From NCBI GenBank assembly GCA_951406725.2, contig OX597820.1, positions 64,666,001 through 64,730,000 on the forward strand: a DNA stretch of 64,000 nucleotides. The letters are read 5' to 3'. Of the stretch, positions 26,355-39,970 are shown piece after piece; position 1 is the first letter of the stretch, and each line of letters opens with the position of its first letter. A program made the translations under genes and the position numbers. The notes under the pieces are model-generated. The model ran no database searches and was not told the origin of the DNA. It saw only the letters and a list, made by a program, of their open reading frames with translations. The stretch comes from Octopus vulgaris. Lineage: Eukaryota.

Positions 26355-26392
<38 letters not shown>

Positions 26393-26555
26393 CAACGGAC
26401 TTGTAAGCAATTTCAGACTACTACATTTACTCGCAACGCATTGGTTGGTCCGGGACTATACTAGAAATTACTTGTTCAAATTTCGTGCATTAAGACTTTA
26501 GACACCAACATCATGGGGCTGGAAAGCGTGCCCCCTAACTATGCAGCCATACCTC
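26393..26555 (-). mobile_element. SINE family B 5' part, decayed
   Basis: TTGGTTGGTCCGGGACTATACTAGAA matches the 10840-10870 region. Confidence 0.5.
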
Positions 26556-26720
26556 CTAACGTTCGTAACCCACGACAGCAATGAATGGACTAACCAATAA
26601 CCAAGAGCAATTTGCTTTGACCATCATAACTATTTTTTCTGATATCGTTTGGAGGATTGTATTAGTCTGAATAGCTTTCTTTTTCTGTTTTTATATTTTA
26701 TTCGTTAGTACTATTACATT

Positions 26721-27106
26721 GTGGAAGCACTCCGTCGTTTACGACGACGAGTGTTCCGGTTGATCCGATTCAACGGAACAGCCTGCTCGTGAAATTAACG
26801 TGTAAGTGGCTGAGCACTCCACAGACACGTCTACCCTTAACGTAGTTCTCGGGGATATTCAGCGTGACACAGAGAGTGACAAGGCCGGCCCTTTGAAATA
26901 CAGGTACAACAGAAACAGGAAGTAAGAGTGAGAGAAAGTTGTGGTGAAAGAGTACAGCAGGGATCACCACCATCCCCTGCCGGAGCATTGTGGAGCTTTA
27001 GGTGCTTTCGCTCAATAAACACTCATAGCGCCCGGTCTGGGAATCGAAACCGCGATCCTATGACCGCGAGTCCGCTGTCCTAACCACTGGGCCATTGCGC
27101 CTCCAC
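26721..27106 (-). mobile_element. tRNA-derived SINE, family C (tail 1), young copy
   Basis: Head GTGGAGGCGCAATGGCCCAGTGGTTAGG...GGTTTCGATTCCC; TSD TATTACATT at 26712-26720 / 27107-27115. Confidence 0.92.
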
Positions 27107-29571
27107 TATTACATTACATAACCACTAACTAACCATTCATAGTTTATGAATGTACGGCATTTTTACTCATATGTGCAAATAATTGTTAAAAATAAAACAA
27201 AGGAAAACATTTATATCTCCAACTACAAAATTTGTATATAATATCAAACTCGTTCTATAATATTTGAAAGCAGCAGAATTTTAATTCAGCGAAAATGTCA
27301 TTGCATCTGTGATAAATGATTCGATAAATGATTTTAATATGCATACATGGTAATTTGTTTGAGCTGTTTTCTAAATGCTAATTATCTTCTTAAATTTTGA
27401 GAGTTTTTCTTGTTGAATGTGTATCGGATTATTTTGAAAGCAACCTCGAAATGACAAAATAATGTGTCTATATGTTTGTTTTTTTTTCGTGTTTATTCTT
27501 CTAAAACGCCAGATTATTTATTCACTTGTGAGCAAAACGAATTTTTGAAAGGAGTAGTATTGCTGGCATGTTATATCGTCTGCTTAATATTAGCTGTACG
27601 TATTTTAGGGACGATATATGCATTGTTAGGGAAGTTTAGCTAAATATGTATTTAGAAGATAAATAAATGAAGTAAACGATCGATTATATAAACCGGATTT
27701 TCGTTAAATCTCATGTCTCTACTTTCTGTTAACCTTTCACCAATCATTTAATCTATAAGCATTTCTGCCATATTTAAATATAGAGACAAATAGGATTATA
27801 TAATATTACCAACTTTTTATTGTAAAGTTACGGGAGGTGACTTGTTTGCTTAGTCTAACAATGCATACACACATGCGAGTGTAATAACACGCTTGAATAA
27901 TTGTAAAAACTTTGGACAAGATGATGAACAGACAAGATTTTGCCGTGCAATAACTTGAAGTGCTGAATGGACGGGCCGGTTAAATTTCCTATGATCTTGT
28001 TTGGTCCACATCTTCAAGCAGAGAATAGCTGGAAAGAAGTAACTAGGAGGGTGACTAAGCTCACAAAGAAACGAGCCAAAAGAAGGATAACTGTAAAGAG
28101 ATTAGAGGTAGCGAACGCTACGTCGCTACTGTCATGTATTAATTCCTGATCATGTTACGCTGACCTAGTACATATCATATGACAGGACTGGACCATCTGC
28201 TCTTCCGGCTTCTGAATGAGGGATGCGTAGCAGCACTGCTCAAGCGATTTATTTCCTGTCAACACGAGCTGAGTGAAAAATTGGGCATACCGTGTCTATT
28301 CACGCGCAAACATGCATGGAGGTTGCAACATCTCCATCTTTTCCTAACTTGTCTTTTTTACCATTTTCAGAAACTAATCGTCTCGGAGGCTGGGCATTGC
28401 CAGTTGGAGAAAAATTAACAGATATGGAAGTGTCGTTAGCCGGACCTAATCGAGCTGCAGGTAAAACGACGAAACTGTTGAACATTCGTCTATTGTCTAA
28501 GCGTTCCTGACTTTTGGCCGAATACCTCCCGTCATGTGTATAACTGATCAAGCTATCAGCTAAACACTCTGTGAAGCCCAGTCTTTGGCTTTTAATTTGA
28601 TCAGGAAGAACAAGTAGAGTTTATCTGTCAGGGGATTTTAGCGAAACAGTTTGTGTCGGGGCTGATTGTAATGCAGAATCACACAACCTGGAATTAAAAT
28701 CTGTCAGATAATAACGTGGGGGCGGATATACCTGACACAGCACTGTCAAATGCAAACAATAAGATATAACAAATATCTTATTAGATTTCGTGTGTGTGTG
28801 TGTGTATCTTTGTACATATATATGTATGTGTACATTATACGCACATTCGCAAGCATGTGCACGCACACACACACACACATAAATATCTTATTTGATACAG
28901 TTATGAAAACTCACATACAAGACTGCAAGTTTTTGCGTCAAAGAAACGCCGGCGGAAGAAGTACAGCGATCATCGTATCATCGACACAAAAACTTGTATG
29001 TTAGTCTCCATAGCTGTATCACTCAATGAATATAGTCTTCTATTTCGGACCCTATTGAGGTCTACAATTGTTGCCACACGTCTTTTGCCAGTGTATACAT
29101 GTGTATGTGCACACGTGCTTGTTTTGTTTGTATGTGTGTATTATACGTTTATACCAGCGTGTTCTTATCCAATGGTTATGTGTAAGTTCGTTTGTGAGTA
29201 CAAGGCTAATAATTTTTGCCAGTTATTTCGAAGTAATTAAGTGATCTTCATCCAGTATTTAAGCGCAGATGTGTCTAAAATATATCTTGCAATAGAGCAG
29301 GAGAGACATGGTCAGCGAAAAATATCTTGACTTTGTTAACAATCGCTGTGTATTATACAATAAAGTTTTCCTTTAACCCCTTCTTTGCATTTGTTAACAA
29401 CATGTGACCTGTTTCAGAGCATCGTGTGAAACCCGGTGCATGGAACCTAAAGGTAGTCTTGTAACACTCTCTTTTTGTTTTTCATAGTTCAGGTTTCGGC
29501 TGTATTGAAGCGTAGCAAAGATATATTGACTTACTCGGCATGATAATATTCTTATCATATTACACATTTAT

Positions 29572-29961
29572 ATATAGAAGCACTCCGTCGGTTACGACGA
29601 CGAGGGTCCCGGTTGATCCGATTCAACCGAACAGCCTGCTCGTGAAATTAACGTGTAAGTGGCTGTGCACTCCACAGACACGTGAACCCTTAACGTAGTT
29701 CTCGGGGATATTCAGCGTGACACAAGAGAGTGACAAGGCCGGCCCTTTGAAATACAGGTACAACAGAAACAGGAAGAAAGAGAGAGAGAGAAAGTTGTGG
29801 TGAAAGAGTACAGCAGGGATCATCACCATCCCTGCCGGAGCCTCGTGGAGCTTTAGGTGTTTTCGCTCAATAAACACTCACAACGCCCGGTCTGGGAATC
29901 GAAACCGCGATCCTACGACCGCGAGTCCGCTGCCCTAACCACTGGGCCATTGCGCCTCCAC
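29572..29961 (-). mobile_element. SINE family C (tail 1), young copy
   Basis: Near-identical to the 26721 copy; 11-bp TSD TACACATTTAT at 29561-29571 / 29962-29972. Confidence 0.92.
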
Positions 29962-30860
29962 TACACATTTATCATCAGATATATAAAATTGCTGTAGTAG
30001 AAATATTGCCACAAGCAGTTCATTAATAATTACTTACAGAAAAGAGAAGGAAATAGATTAAGACTTTCGCAGGTTAGACTTAAAATTTCATCGTCACCTT
30101 GTGTCGTTTCCAGTTTCACTCTATGTCTATATGCTTAATAATGCACTAACTCAACAATTTTCTAAAAATATTTAATCACATTTAAACCAAATACTAGATA
30201 TTTTATAGATGCTGTACCCACATGACATCTCGTAAAAGTCAGATTCACGTATTTATTCGACAATTATCGAAGTCATTGTAACAACTAGCAGCTTTCAAAA
30301 CGATCGATGACCAAGATGAGAGTTAGAATATCAGGTGAAAATGAACTTGAAGTGAATGAAGGCATCGTTTATGCTAAATTTTATGTTAACAGACACGATT
30401 ATTTGAAGCATTTGTTGTATATTGCTAGACGCGAGACACATTATTGCATGTGATTGGAAATATATGTGACTGCAATACATAGAGTTATTTCCCAGTGAAA
30501 GATCTCAATCTCACAGGTGTTACTAACAGAAAAGATAACAATGCTCTGGTTAACAATGCTGTTATAGTTGATCTCGTTTCACGTTTCCTATGAAATTCTA
30601 TCTCGGTCTACTTAAAATACAATCCTTGTACTGTTGTGTATATAAGTACACTTAAAATTCAATACCAGTAAATTCCCGTTCTGATGTCAATGTTGCGTTG
30701 GAACTAAATAGAATTTTGAAATTACATTTTAAGAATAGCTTACCCGTCATTAATTGCTTTATCCCTATGAATCTTTTTAAACAGTCTCATATATATTCAA
30801 AAGTTCGAAGCTAAAAAAGAATTAAAATCTATAAATATATTAGGTAAAATTAATATATTC

Positions 30861-31503
30861 CTTTTCATTTTCATTTTTCATTTTACCTAGTTTCAGCTCA
30901 CGAGCGGTGACCATGATGGGGCAACACCATTCGGTGTTGCTACATGATTTTACTTCACGAATGCTTTTTAGCAAATGACATTTGGTGCATGAGAGAGTTT
31001 GATGCAGCTGCCCTCGTCTGCACCTCCTACCGTGAAGTTGGTTCATCTAGGACACCTGACAGGAAGAGGTCCTGCTTTATTTTAAAGACATCTGCATCTA
31101 CCCCATGCAGGTCTCTCAGGTCCTCCGGGAGGATATTGAAGAGCTGTGGACCTCTGAAGCCCAGGCTATCACAGTATCTTGTCCTGCATCTTGATGGCAA
31201 CTTTGGAGTCCTTGGCACTATGCAGTGGCGCCCAGTTCTAGTATTTGTGTAAGTCCCGATGCCAAAGTTTGGGACAAATCCTTCCAGGATCTTCCAGATG
31301 TATATTATGGCATATCTTTCTCGCCTACGCTCTAAGGAATAGGGTCTTAATCTCTTGAGTCTTTCCCAATAGTTTATATGCTGCACAGAGGCTATCTTCT
31401 TCATGTAACTTCGTTGGATCGCCTCAAGTTCTGTGATTAATTTGACACTGGTTGGTGACCATAGCTGAGAGCAATAGTCAAAGTGGCTTAGGACAAGTGT
31501 CCT
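30861..31503 (-). mobile_element. 3' end of a CR1/L2-group LINE
   Basis: YWERLKRLRPYSLERRRERYAIIYIWKILEG...GPQLFNILP is the typical ORF2 C-terminus; tandem GAAAAT tail at 30861-30885. Confidence 0.85.
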
Positions 31504-32418
31504 AATATATATCTATATTATCTATATTAAATTTATTTGTCGAAAACTTGTTTCTTATGATTCACTACGAATGTCTGTTAATAAAATTAGTATATTTGAG
31601 AGGTTGTCGTCCTTTTATTTGTACCCGAAATTTTCTGAATTATACCATCCGTCAGGTTTTTAGCGTGATGGACGTGACCAGGAAACAGTACCTGCTCTGA
31701 TTAACAAATTTACACTGATGAGTGAAATACAAAATATTCTTTCAAACCTGAGTTATTTGCAAAAGCTATAACATGAAGTTAGATACTAGATAGTTGTAAC
31801 TGCCATAGAAAACGTTTGCTATTAAACGTATATGCATTAACTGACAGTCATGTAAAATATGCATACTATATTGTTGTCTGTAGACATAAAAATTATTAGT
31901 GAAATCCTTCACGCAATACAGATTTTCATGAACCTAACACTTGTGCATCGATTGGGCCCCTGTATAGAAAGACTACGTTACATTTACGATATAGTGCCTT
32001 GCAGTCAGCACTACACTGTTGGTGGGTGAAGCTATATATATATATATATGCAATAGAAGTTGAAAATGCACTGAGAATAGTTAAAAATAGTTTTTATTAA
32101 AATATTTAAAGCTTTAACCGGATTCACAGTTTACACAGATTTTCAAAAACTTCAAATAGCAAGACGTGGCTAATGTCGCAGCTGTCTTCCTTCTGACTAG
32201 TGTTTGAAGCTTGCCCTATTTTTATGGTTAGTTCGTGTATATGTTTTGAATAGGATTTATTTGGTAGCGGATAGTCACATGACTGGTCTTACTTTATATA
32301 TTGATGTAGCGAATATGCACATCGCCACATTAGCCCCTATACACACTGAAGTTTGAATATTTTGAGCACTACTAAGTGTATTCTCTGCGGTGAAAATCTG
32401 GATCTCATTTATGACTTA

Positions 32419-32458
<40 letters not shown>

Positions 32459-32480
32459 TGTATGTATGTATGTATGTATG

Positions 32481-32534
<54 letters not shown>

Positions 32535-33208
32535 CACGAGGAGGTGCCCAGAATTAACAGGAAAAGTTATCTGTGGGCCAAGCCCGTTGCAGTTCAGGCT
32601 GTCGCCGCTAGAAGCCATTTTACGCGGCCCTCAAGCATCACCCTGTCGACCAGCTGCGTCCGGTGTAGTTGTACTGTCACGTGGTGTATTTTGTCTTGCA
32701 GTGTTTCTCCCCGAATCGTCGACTTCTGCGGTGCCTGAAACAGAAGAACAGCGTGCTTCCGTGAAATTCTGCTTTCTGTTCGTGAAAACGGCCACCGAAA
32801 CAGTTGTTTTGCTTCAAACAGCTTACAAGGACGCTTGTATGACCAAAACTAAAACACGAGTTTACGAGTGACTTTCACGCTTTAGTAATGGTCACTTGTC
32901 ACTTGAAGCCCAACATTGCCCAGGATGACCGTCAACCATCTGAACGAATGAAAACATCATAAAAATTCATGAACAGATCTTAGAGGACTTTCACCGAACA
33001 GTTGACAGACTGGCAGATATGACTGGTGTGTCTTGGATCTCCTCCCAACGAACTGTGAATGAAAAAAGGTAGCAGTAAAATTTGTACCTTGATTGCTCAC
33101 TGAAGTTCAAAAGCAGTAACGACTGAATGCATGTCGTGAACTGACAAACAGTTGGAAGTTGATCTGCACCACTTTTCGAAGTTCGACACTGGTGATGAAA
33201 GCTGGTAC
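32535..33208 (+). mobile_element. 5' portion of a mariner transposon
   Basis: Starts after TA. EQRASVKFCFLFVKTATET (paired-like HTH), AVKFVP*LL (WVP-like) and TGDESW at about 33190. Confidence 0.85.
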
Positions 33209-33453
33209 TGCAGAATTTGCAGATGTGGAGAAGAGTACAAGATGTGTATAAGTGAAAACTGTGGCTTTGAGCCGTTTCGACTGCAATCTTTAGCATGCTG
33301 TAGCAACAGTTAGTACACTTCATAATTAATTGATAATTTTGCCTTGATAGTTCTTTTACGCATTCTAACAACTGTTATTATATGAGTTTCTACGTGTTTG
33401 TATGCATCATCGTTTTCAGACCAAACTTGGCAATTTATATTCTTCCTCTGGAA

Positions 33454-33668
33454 CGCGGTGAGATAGCAGAAACGTTAGCACGCCGTTCGAACTGCTTAGG
33501 GTATTTCGTCTGTTGTTTGTCTACGTTCTGAATCCAAATTCCGCTGAGAAATTGGCATTTCATCCTTTCGGGGGGGATCCATAAATTAAATACCAGTTGC
33601 GTACTAGGGTCGATCTAATCGACTAGCCCCATCACCCAAAATTTCTGGCCTTGTGACTCGAGTAGAAT
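33454..33668 (+). mobile_element. SINE family A
   Basis: GCAGAAACGTTAGCACGCCG head; TTTCATCCTTTCGGGG core. Confidence 0.8.
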
Positions 33669-34203
33669 ATAATATTCTTCCCCTGGAAGATATAACTATA
33701 CGCCCGATCAAATTTTCAATATTATTTAAGAAAAACAAAGTTATGAAAAGTGTTCAATTTTTCTCATATTCATTCCTATGAATATCCTAAAGAATTTCAT
33801 AGATATTTCGCATATGCAGTCTTCTTCAGGACATATATCTAAGGAGTCTCAGAGCTAGTAAACACCAGCAAAATTTAAATTTTGACAATTTAACCCAAAA
33901 AGTGATTACCATATTGCTTTGAAAAATATCTAAATTAATTCAAATGTTCAATGCTATCAATAATCTAATTGATATTTAAAACATTTAGTGAAAATGAATT
34001 AAATATGTAAAAAATGTTGATAAGGGATTATAATAGAATTTCTATGATAAGCAGAAGACTGCAGTTTTTGGAGATTGATGTGGTCGACTAAAACAGCATT
34101 TGTACTCGTGAGGTATTTATTTTATCGTCACTGGAATGTTAGAAATTCTTGCAAAATAACACAACTGAAAATGATTCCTATATTGAAGAACATGAACATT
34201 AGA

Positions 34204-34281
<78 letters not shown>
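34204..34281. repeat. (AAT)n target tract upstream of the Dong-like element
   Basis: Seen directly. Confidence 0.98.
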
Positions 34282-36012
34282 CTATCTGATATGCTAAATA
34301 GAACTGGATGCGGATATAAATGTTACGGCCAAACGATCAGCCACCTTTTATATATGGATGACCTAAAACTATACGCTGCAAATGACAAACAGCTGGAAAC
34401 ACTATTAAAGACAGTTCATGGATTTACCAAAGAAATAGATATGAAATTTGGATTAGAAAAATGCGCCAAATTAACCATGAAAAGAGGAAAACTAGTTAAG
34501 AGTAACAACATCACACTAGATGAAGCAAATGAAATAAAAGAATTAGACCAAAGCCAAACTTACAAATACTTAGGAATCCATGAACTAGATAAGACACAAC
34601 ACACACAAATGAAAGAGAAAATAAAAAAAGAATATTATAGACGAGTTAGATCAATACTAAACACAGAGCTCAATGCTAAAAACAAGATAATAGGTATCAA
34701 CACTTTAGCTGTCCCAGTTATAAGTTACAGCTACAATATCCTTAACTGGACACGAAATGAACTGACCAAAATAGACAGGAAAACAAGAAAAATAATGACA
34801 GGATCTAGGATGCATCACCCAAAATCTGACATAGAAAGACTATATATACAACGTATAGAAGGTGGTAGAGGCCTTATACAGCTGGAAAACTACTATAAAA
34901 TAACCACCATAGGACTGCAAAAATATCTACTTCAGAAGGAAGGAAAACTGATCCAGATAGCGGCAAAACACGAGCAAAACAAAAAACTGTTCTCAGTATT
35001 TAAGGAAGCTGACAAATACAAACAAGAAATCATACCACCTAATAAACATGAAGAAGAAGAAGAAGATGAAGAAACAACAAAAGCTATAAAAAAAATGAAA
35101 TCCAAACTAAAAATAGAACAGCAAAGAACCATGATAAAACGATGGCAAGAAAAGCCCTTCATGGTAAATACTGGACTAAACTAAACGCAAAAGAAATAGA
35201 CAAAGAAAAATCCCAGCAATGGTTGAGAAGCTCAGGACTCAAAGCAGAAACAGAGGGATTTTTAATTGCAGCACAAGACCAAAGCCTCCCCACCAGAAAT
35301 TACCAAAAACATGTAATGAAAAGAAATATTACAAGTAACTGCAGAATATGTGGAGATGGACAAGAAACAATAAATCATATTATCTCTAGCTGCCCAGTCC
35401 TGGCTAAGAAGGAATATATTCACAGACATGACAGAGTTGGAACTTACATACATTGGAAGCTATGCCAACATTATGGAATAACAACAGAAAAAAGATGGTA
35501 TAGGCACACACCAGAAAAGGTCACAGAAAACGAGAAAGCAACCATACTCTGGGATATGCCGATACACACAGATAGAGAAATTAAGGCCAACAGACCAGAT
35601 ATAGTTGTCAGAGACCATGAAGAAAAAAAATGCTTTCTAATTGATGTATCAGTACCGGCAGATGACAACGTGTCTCTAAAAGAAATGGAGAAACTCTCAA
35701 AATACAAAGACCTGGAAATAGAGGTAACTAGAATGTGGAATCTGAAAACAGAAACAACTCCTATCATAGTAGGTGCATTAGGCATGATAAAAAAATATTC
35801 AGACAAATACATAACAAAAACACCAGGACTTACAAACACATATAACATACAGAAAATTGCACTACTGGGCACTGCACACATCCTACGCAGAACACTTTCC
35901 ATACAATAACCATCAGAGCATCACAACAAATCACAGCACATACCCAAGGCACACAGAGCTGTGCTCGGTAGTGAAGTGAAAGCACGCTATAAAAATAAAA
36001 ATAAAACTACTG
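34282..36012 (+). mobile_element. 5'-truncated R4/Dong-clade non-LTR retrotransposon (RT + CCHC + restriction-like endonuclease), one frameshift
   Basis: YMDD motif, CRICGDGQETINHIISSC zinc knuckle, RHD and RPDIV..LIDVSVP..K..KY. Frameshift near 35157, stop at 35909, short 3' UTR, (AAT)n on both sides. Confidence 0.93.
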
Positions 36013-36057
36013 AATAATAATAATAATAATAATAATAACAATAACAATAACAATAAC

Positions 36058-36104
<47 letters not shown>

Positions 36105-36138
36105 TAACAATAACAATAACAATAACAATAACAATAAC

Positions 36139-36196
<58 letters not shown>

Positions 36197-36231
36197 TAAT
36201 AATAATAACAATAGTAAATAAATAAATAAAT
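36013..36231. repeat. (AAT)n/(AATAAC)n tract between the two elements
   Basis: Seen directly. Confidence 0.97.
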
Positions 36232-37302
36232 GCAACACATTTCGGAATTAGAGATAGACATACAAGAAACAAGCACAGAAAAAGCTAAGCGCATGAAAAC
36301 CCGTGCTAAAACTGCGGCCTTAGATATTCTGAATGATAAATCGCAAGAAAAACCTCTCTATGGCAAATACCCAAAGAGAACGAATAATGCAGATATTAAC
36401 AAAGCCCTGACCCATCAATGGCTAATGACCTCTGGCTTAAAATCTGAAACAGAGAGGTTTATCATAGCAGCTCAAGATCAATGCCTACCAACAAGAAACT
36501 ACCAGGCCAACATATTAAAGAACGGCAGTAGCCCAACATGTCGTGTATGTCAACAACAAAATGAAACCATTGATCATGTTGTCTCGAAGTGCAGTCTTCT
36601 AGCCCCTACAGAGTATCTCAACAGGCATGATAGAGCTGCACAATATATTCACTGGGTAATCTGCAAAAACCTGGATTTGCCCCATGAAAAAAAAAATGGT
36701 GGGAACACAAACCACCTCCAGTGCTTGAAAATGACCACATCTCACTCCTCTGGTACTTCACCATTCAAACGGACAGAAAGATAGATGCAAATAGGCCAGA
36801 CATCATACTGAAAGACTTCAGACAAAGAACATGCCTCCTCATTGATATGACTGTCCCAATCGATATAAACGTATCTGTCAAGACCTACCAAAAACCTGAG
36901 CAAATATAAAGATCTTGAAATAGAAATCAGCAAAATGTGGCACCTGAAGACTAGAACAATACCTGTTGTCATAGGTGCCCTGGGAATGATAGCGAAAGGG
37001 GCTGATTGCTACCTAACTCAGATACCAGGAAACCCCAAAATGGCAGAAATTCAAAAGATAGTGCTCATGGGAACTGCTCATATCCTACGCAAAATACTTT
37101 CTATGTAATCTCAAGGTTTAAAACAGACAATTTTTATTTATTAATTTATTTATTACACATTCACTAGTACAACACCACCACCCCCCAAATATATGGCACA
37201 CTAGGCATAACAACAACGTGAACTTCCAACCTGTTGTCTCTTGAGGTCTCTGGGTGAGACTTGGAGCCAACTTGTATAAATATAAAGCAAAAGTCAAACA
37301 AA

Positions 37303-37303
<1 letters not shown>
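36232..37303 (+). mobile_element. Second, distinct R4/Dong-clade 3' fragment
   Basis: KPLYGKY, SGLKSETE, CRVCQQQNETIDHVVSKC, RHD and RPDII..LIDMTVP, ending ILRKILSM* at 37108. Two frameshifts and a different 3' UTR; followed by (AAT)n at 37304-37390. Confidence 0.9.
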
Positions 37304-37384
<81 letters not shown>

Positions 37385-38610
37385 CATAATAGGGCTACAG
37401 CAAATGTTCTGCCCAATACCACAGAATTGCATGTCAGTTGTTTGATCTTAACCAGTTGAGCATGTCCCTCTGTGGTTGAAGATATGTGCATCTCTGATCA
37501 TGAGCAGAAGTAGTCGGGGAGCATCATAGCCGTGTGTTGAAAGGAATTCTTAGAGGTTTGGATAATTCATCTCTTGAAACATGGGTGTTTTGTTCAACAT
37601 CCTTCAACAACCCTTATTCGGGGACCTTTTGAACGGGATGGGCTACTCGACCAGAAGAAAATTCTAACTGGGCCCCACCTGCAAGGTCATGCGCTGTTTA
37701 TCTTGATACGAAATCACCATGTCACGCACATATGGTTGTCATGCATGTGCCTAATGTACCCTTATCAGACAGGTAGTCATGATGGGCATACTGGACTTCG
37801 TATATTTTACCAATTTTTGCTTCAAAGCGAATCAGAATCACTGAGTAGAATATGTTACCATAATATGCTGTGAAAGACGAACAGAAACAAGCACATGAAT
37901 TCATGAATGTATTAGTTAGTGGTTGAGTTTACTGATGTTTTCTATAGAAAGTGAGTTAGCATTGACAGCGTCGTTTTTGTCTTAATACTAAATTCAGATT
38001 GTTTATTTCAACAACAATTTATCATTTGTTTCCAAATTATGTACAGCTAATATTATATTCCATACAATTGAATAAGTTATTGAGACTTAAATTTTCATGA
38101 ATACCCCTGGTTTCTGTATTTCACAAAACAAGCCAAATTGCCTTCTTTCGACAATGGTCTGAATTTACTCATATTCATTATACTAGTTTAGCAAATAAAT
38201 GAAATTTCAAATAACTAATTGTACTTGGTAAAAAAGGGTTAAATTAGTTATTATGAAAACATATTAAAATCATTTATGATAAAAATTATCATTTAATCAC
38301 GGCTTTTATACGCCATCTCATTAATCTGTAGGACAATTAAATTACGGAAACTGGAAGCTTTGAACCAAATTTATTTCTGGATGTAGAGCATATATTCTTT
38401 ATTTATTTATTGCTCAAAGCGCCGCAAGGTGATCGTTTTTTGCTGAGACTATACACGGTAGATTTATGATAGTTTGGAATATGTACACTTTTTTTCGAGT
38501 GCCACCCATTACTGTTTCCTATGTATTACCTTGACTATGCTGCATTAAATATTGATGACTACCCTCTAATCCACTCTACTGATATGCCATTTATACACAG
38601 GGAGAAATAA

Positions 38611-38819
38611 TGATTGTAAACTGATTTCATCATCAGACAATACCAGCCACCGTCTTCTGGAAGGAATTTTACGCCTAAGGTGCTGAATTCTTTAATATCC
38701 TTTCTGTCAACGTCTCAAATGTAAAAATCTTCCTGAAGACAGAGGCTGGTATTATCCGATGATGAAATCAATTTACATTTATTATTTGAACCACCAAGCC
38801 TCCAGAAACAGCTGTTGGA
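38611..38819 (+). mobile_element. Penelope-type end with inverted duplication and hammerhead (38730-38819)
   Basis: 38611-38670 is an inverted copy of about 38724-38782; TTC-CTGAAGA..GAGGCT...AGCCTC..GAAAC-AGCT-GT-T-GGA. Confidence 0.65.
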
Positions 38820-38983
38820 CTCAGAAAACCCTTATTCAACTACTGTAATTCCTGATATAATTTCTATTCTCTATCATGTTGACACTTCTATATATAAACA
38901 TATGTACAATTTTTTGTATTACATGTATTTACTATATTTTCTATAGCGACTTGCCTAATTTACTTATCCTTACATGCATATAT

Positions 38984-39016
<33 letters not shown>

Positions 39017-39593
39017 AGAGTGTATAAAGATATATACACAAAGGGAAGACCCATGGCCGGACTTCCATACTAAAAAGGACAGTTAAATCCAACCACGAAA
39101 AATTCATTCTAAAGGCATTCCGATAAAGCACTAGAATGAAGCAATTATTATTTTCAGTTAATCCCATACTCGAATTTCCCTATTAATGAGCAAATGAATT
39201 AATTCATAAGTGGGATTGCTAATTAAAAATGCATAATTATGTAGCATAATTTTTTTAAGTAGAAGTTATCAGAATAATTGTTTGAGAGGAGAACAATCCC
39301 CGGGTTGAAAGATAATAACAAAGCACAGTCATAGGAATTTAGTGCTCGATAATTTGCTTACACAGCTGCTATAAAGGCCATAATAGGAAAATTTGTTGGG
39401 TAGACGTATCAATGTATCTACTACTGTGTCAAATATTGTATTTAGAACAGAAGCACAGTATTGAAAAGGGACATACATGGGAGATCACCTACGAATTGAT
39501 AAACCTACCTTGCTTACCTAGATGAAGCGACGTTACTTATATTATCTTATATGATCATCATTATTGTCGTCGTTGTCATCAACATCAGCGTCA

Positions 39594-39970
39594 GTGGAGG
39601 TGCAATGGCCCAATGGTTAGGGCAGCGAACTCGCGGTCGGAGGATCGCGGTTTCGATTCCCAGATCGGGCGTTGTGTGTGTTTATTGAGCAAAAACACAT
39701 AAAGCTCCACGAGCCTCCAGCAGGGGGGGGGCAACCCTGTTTACTCTCTCGCTCCAACTTTCTCTCATTCTTTCTTCCTGTTTCTTGTCCCCAACTTCTT
39801 ACGCAACCGCTGAGCCTGGATGCGAATTCATCCATCCGTCGAAGCTGTCGGTGTCGGGGGAGTTGACCTGCTTTCTTTTCTGCGGGTCTTACGAATAGCA
39901 AAGGACCACATTTCGGACTTCTCCCCTCTTGCGAGCTCTGGGACGAAGACCGTTCGCTCGACAGCAACAA
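39594..39970 (+). mobile_element. SINE family C head with an alternative 3' tail (tail 2)
   Basis: First ~195 bp match the 26721 and 29572 copies, then the sequence is unrelated. TSD CAGCGTCA at 39586-39593 / 39971-39978. Confidence 0.88.

Noticed and set aside
25823-26464. 213-aa ORF with a duplicated peptide
   Set aside because: It spans TA tracts and an inverted repeat, so it is an artefact of the repeat structure.
27030-27106. tRNA genes at SINE heads (also 29885-29961 and 39594-39670)
   Set aside because: They have no proper acceptor stem and are attached to a SINE body within TSDs.
31712-31735. CTGATGAGTGAAA as a hammerhead
   Set aside because: No stem II or III and no matching stem I.
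34075-34281. N-terminus of the 369-aa ORF with poly-Asn
   Set aside because: Chance in-frame fusion of flank and the (AAT)n target to a 5'-truncated RT.
35471-35902. 143-aa minus-strand ORF
   Set aside because: Antisense shadow of the retrotransposon ORF.
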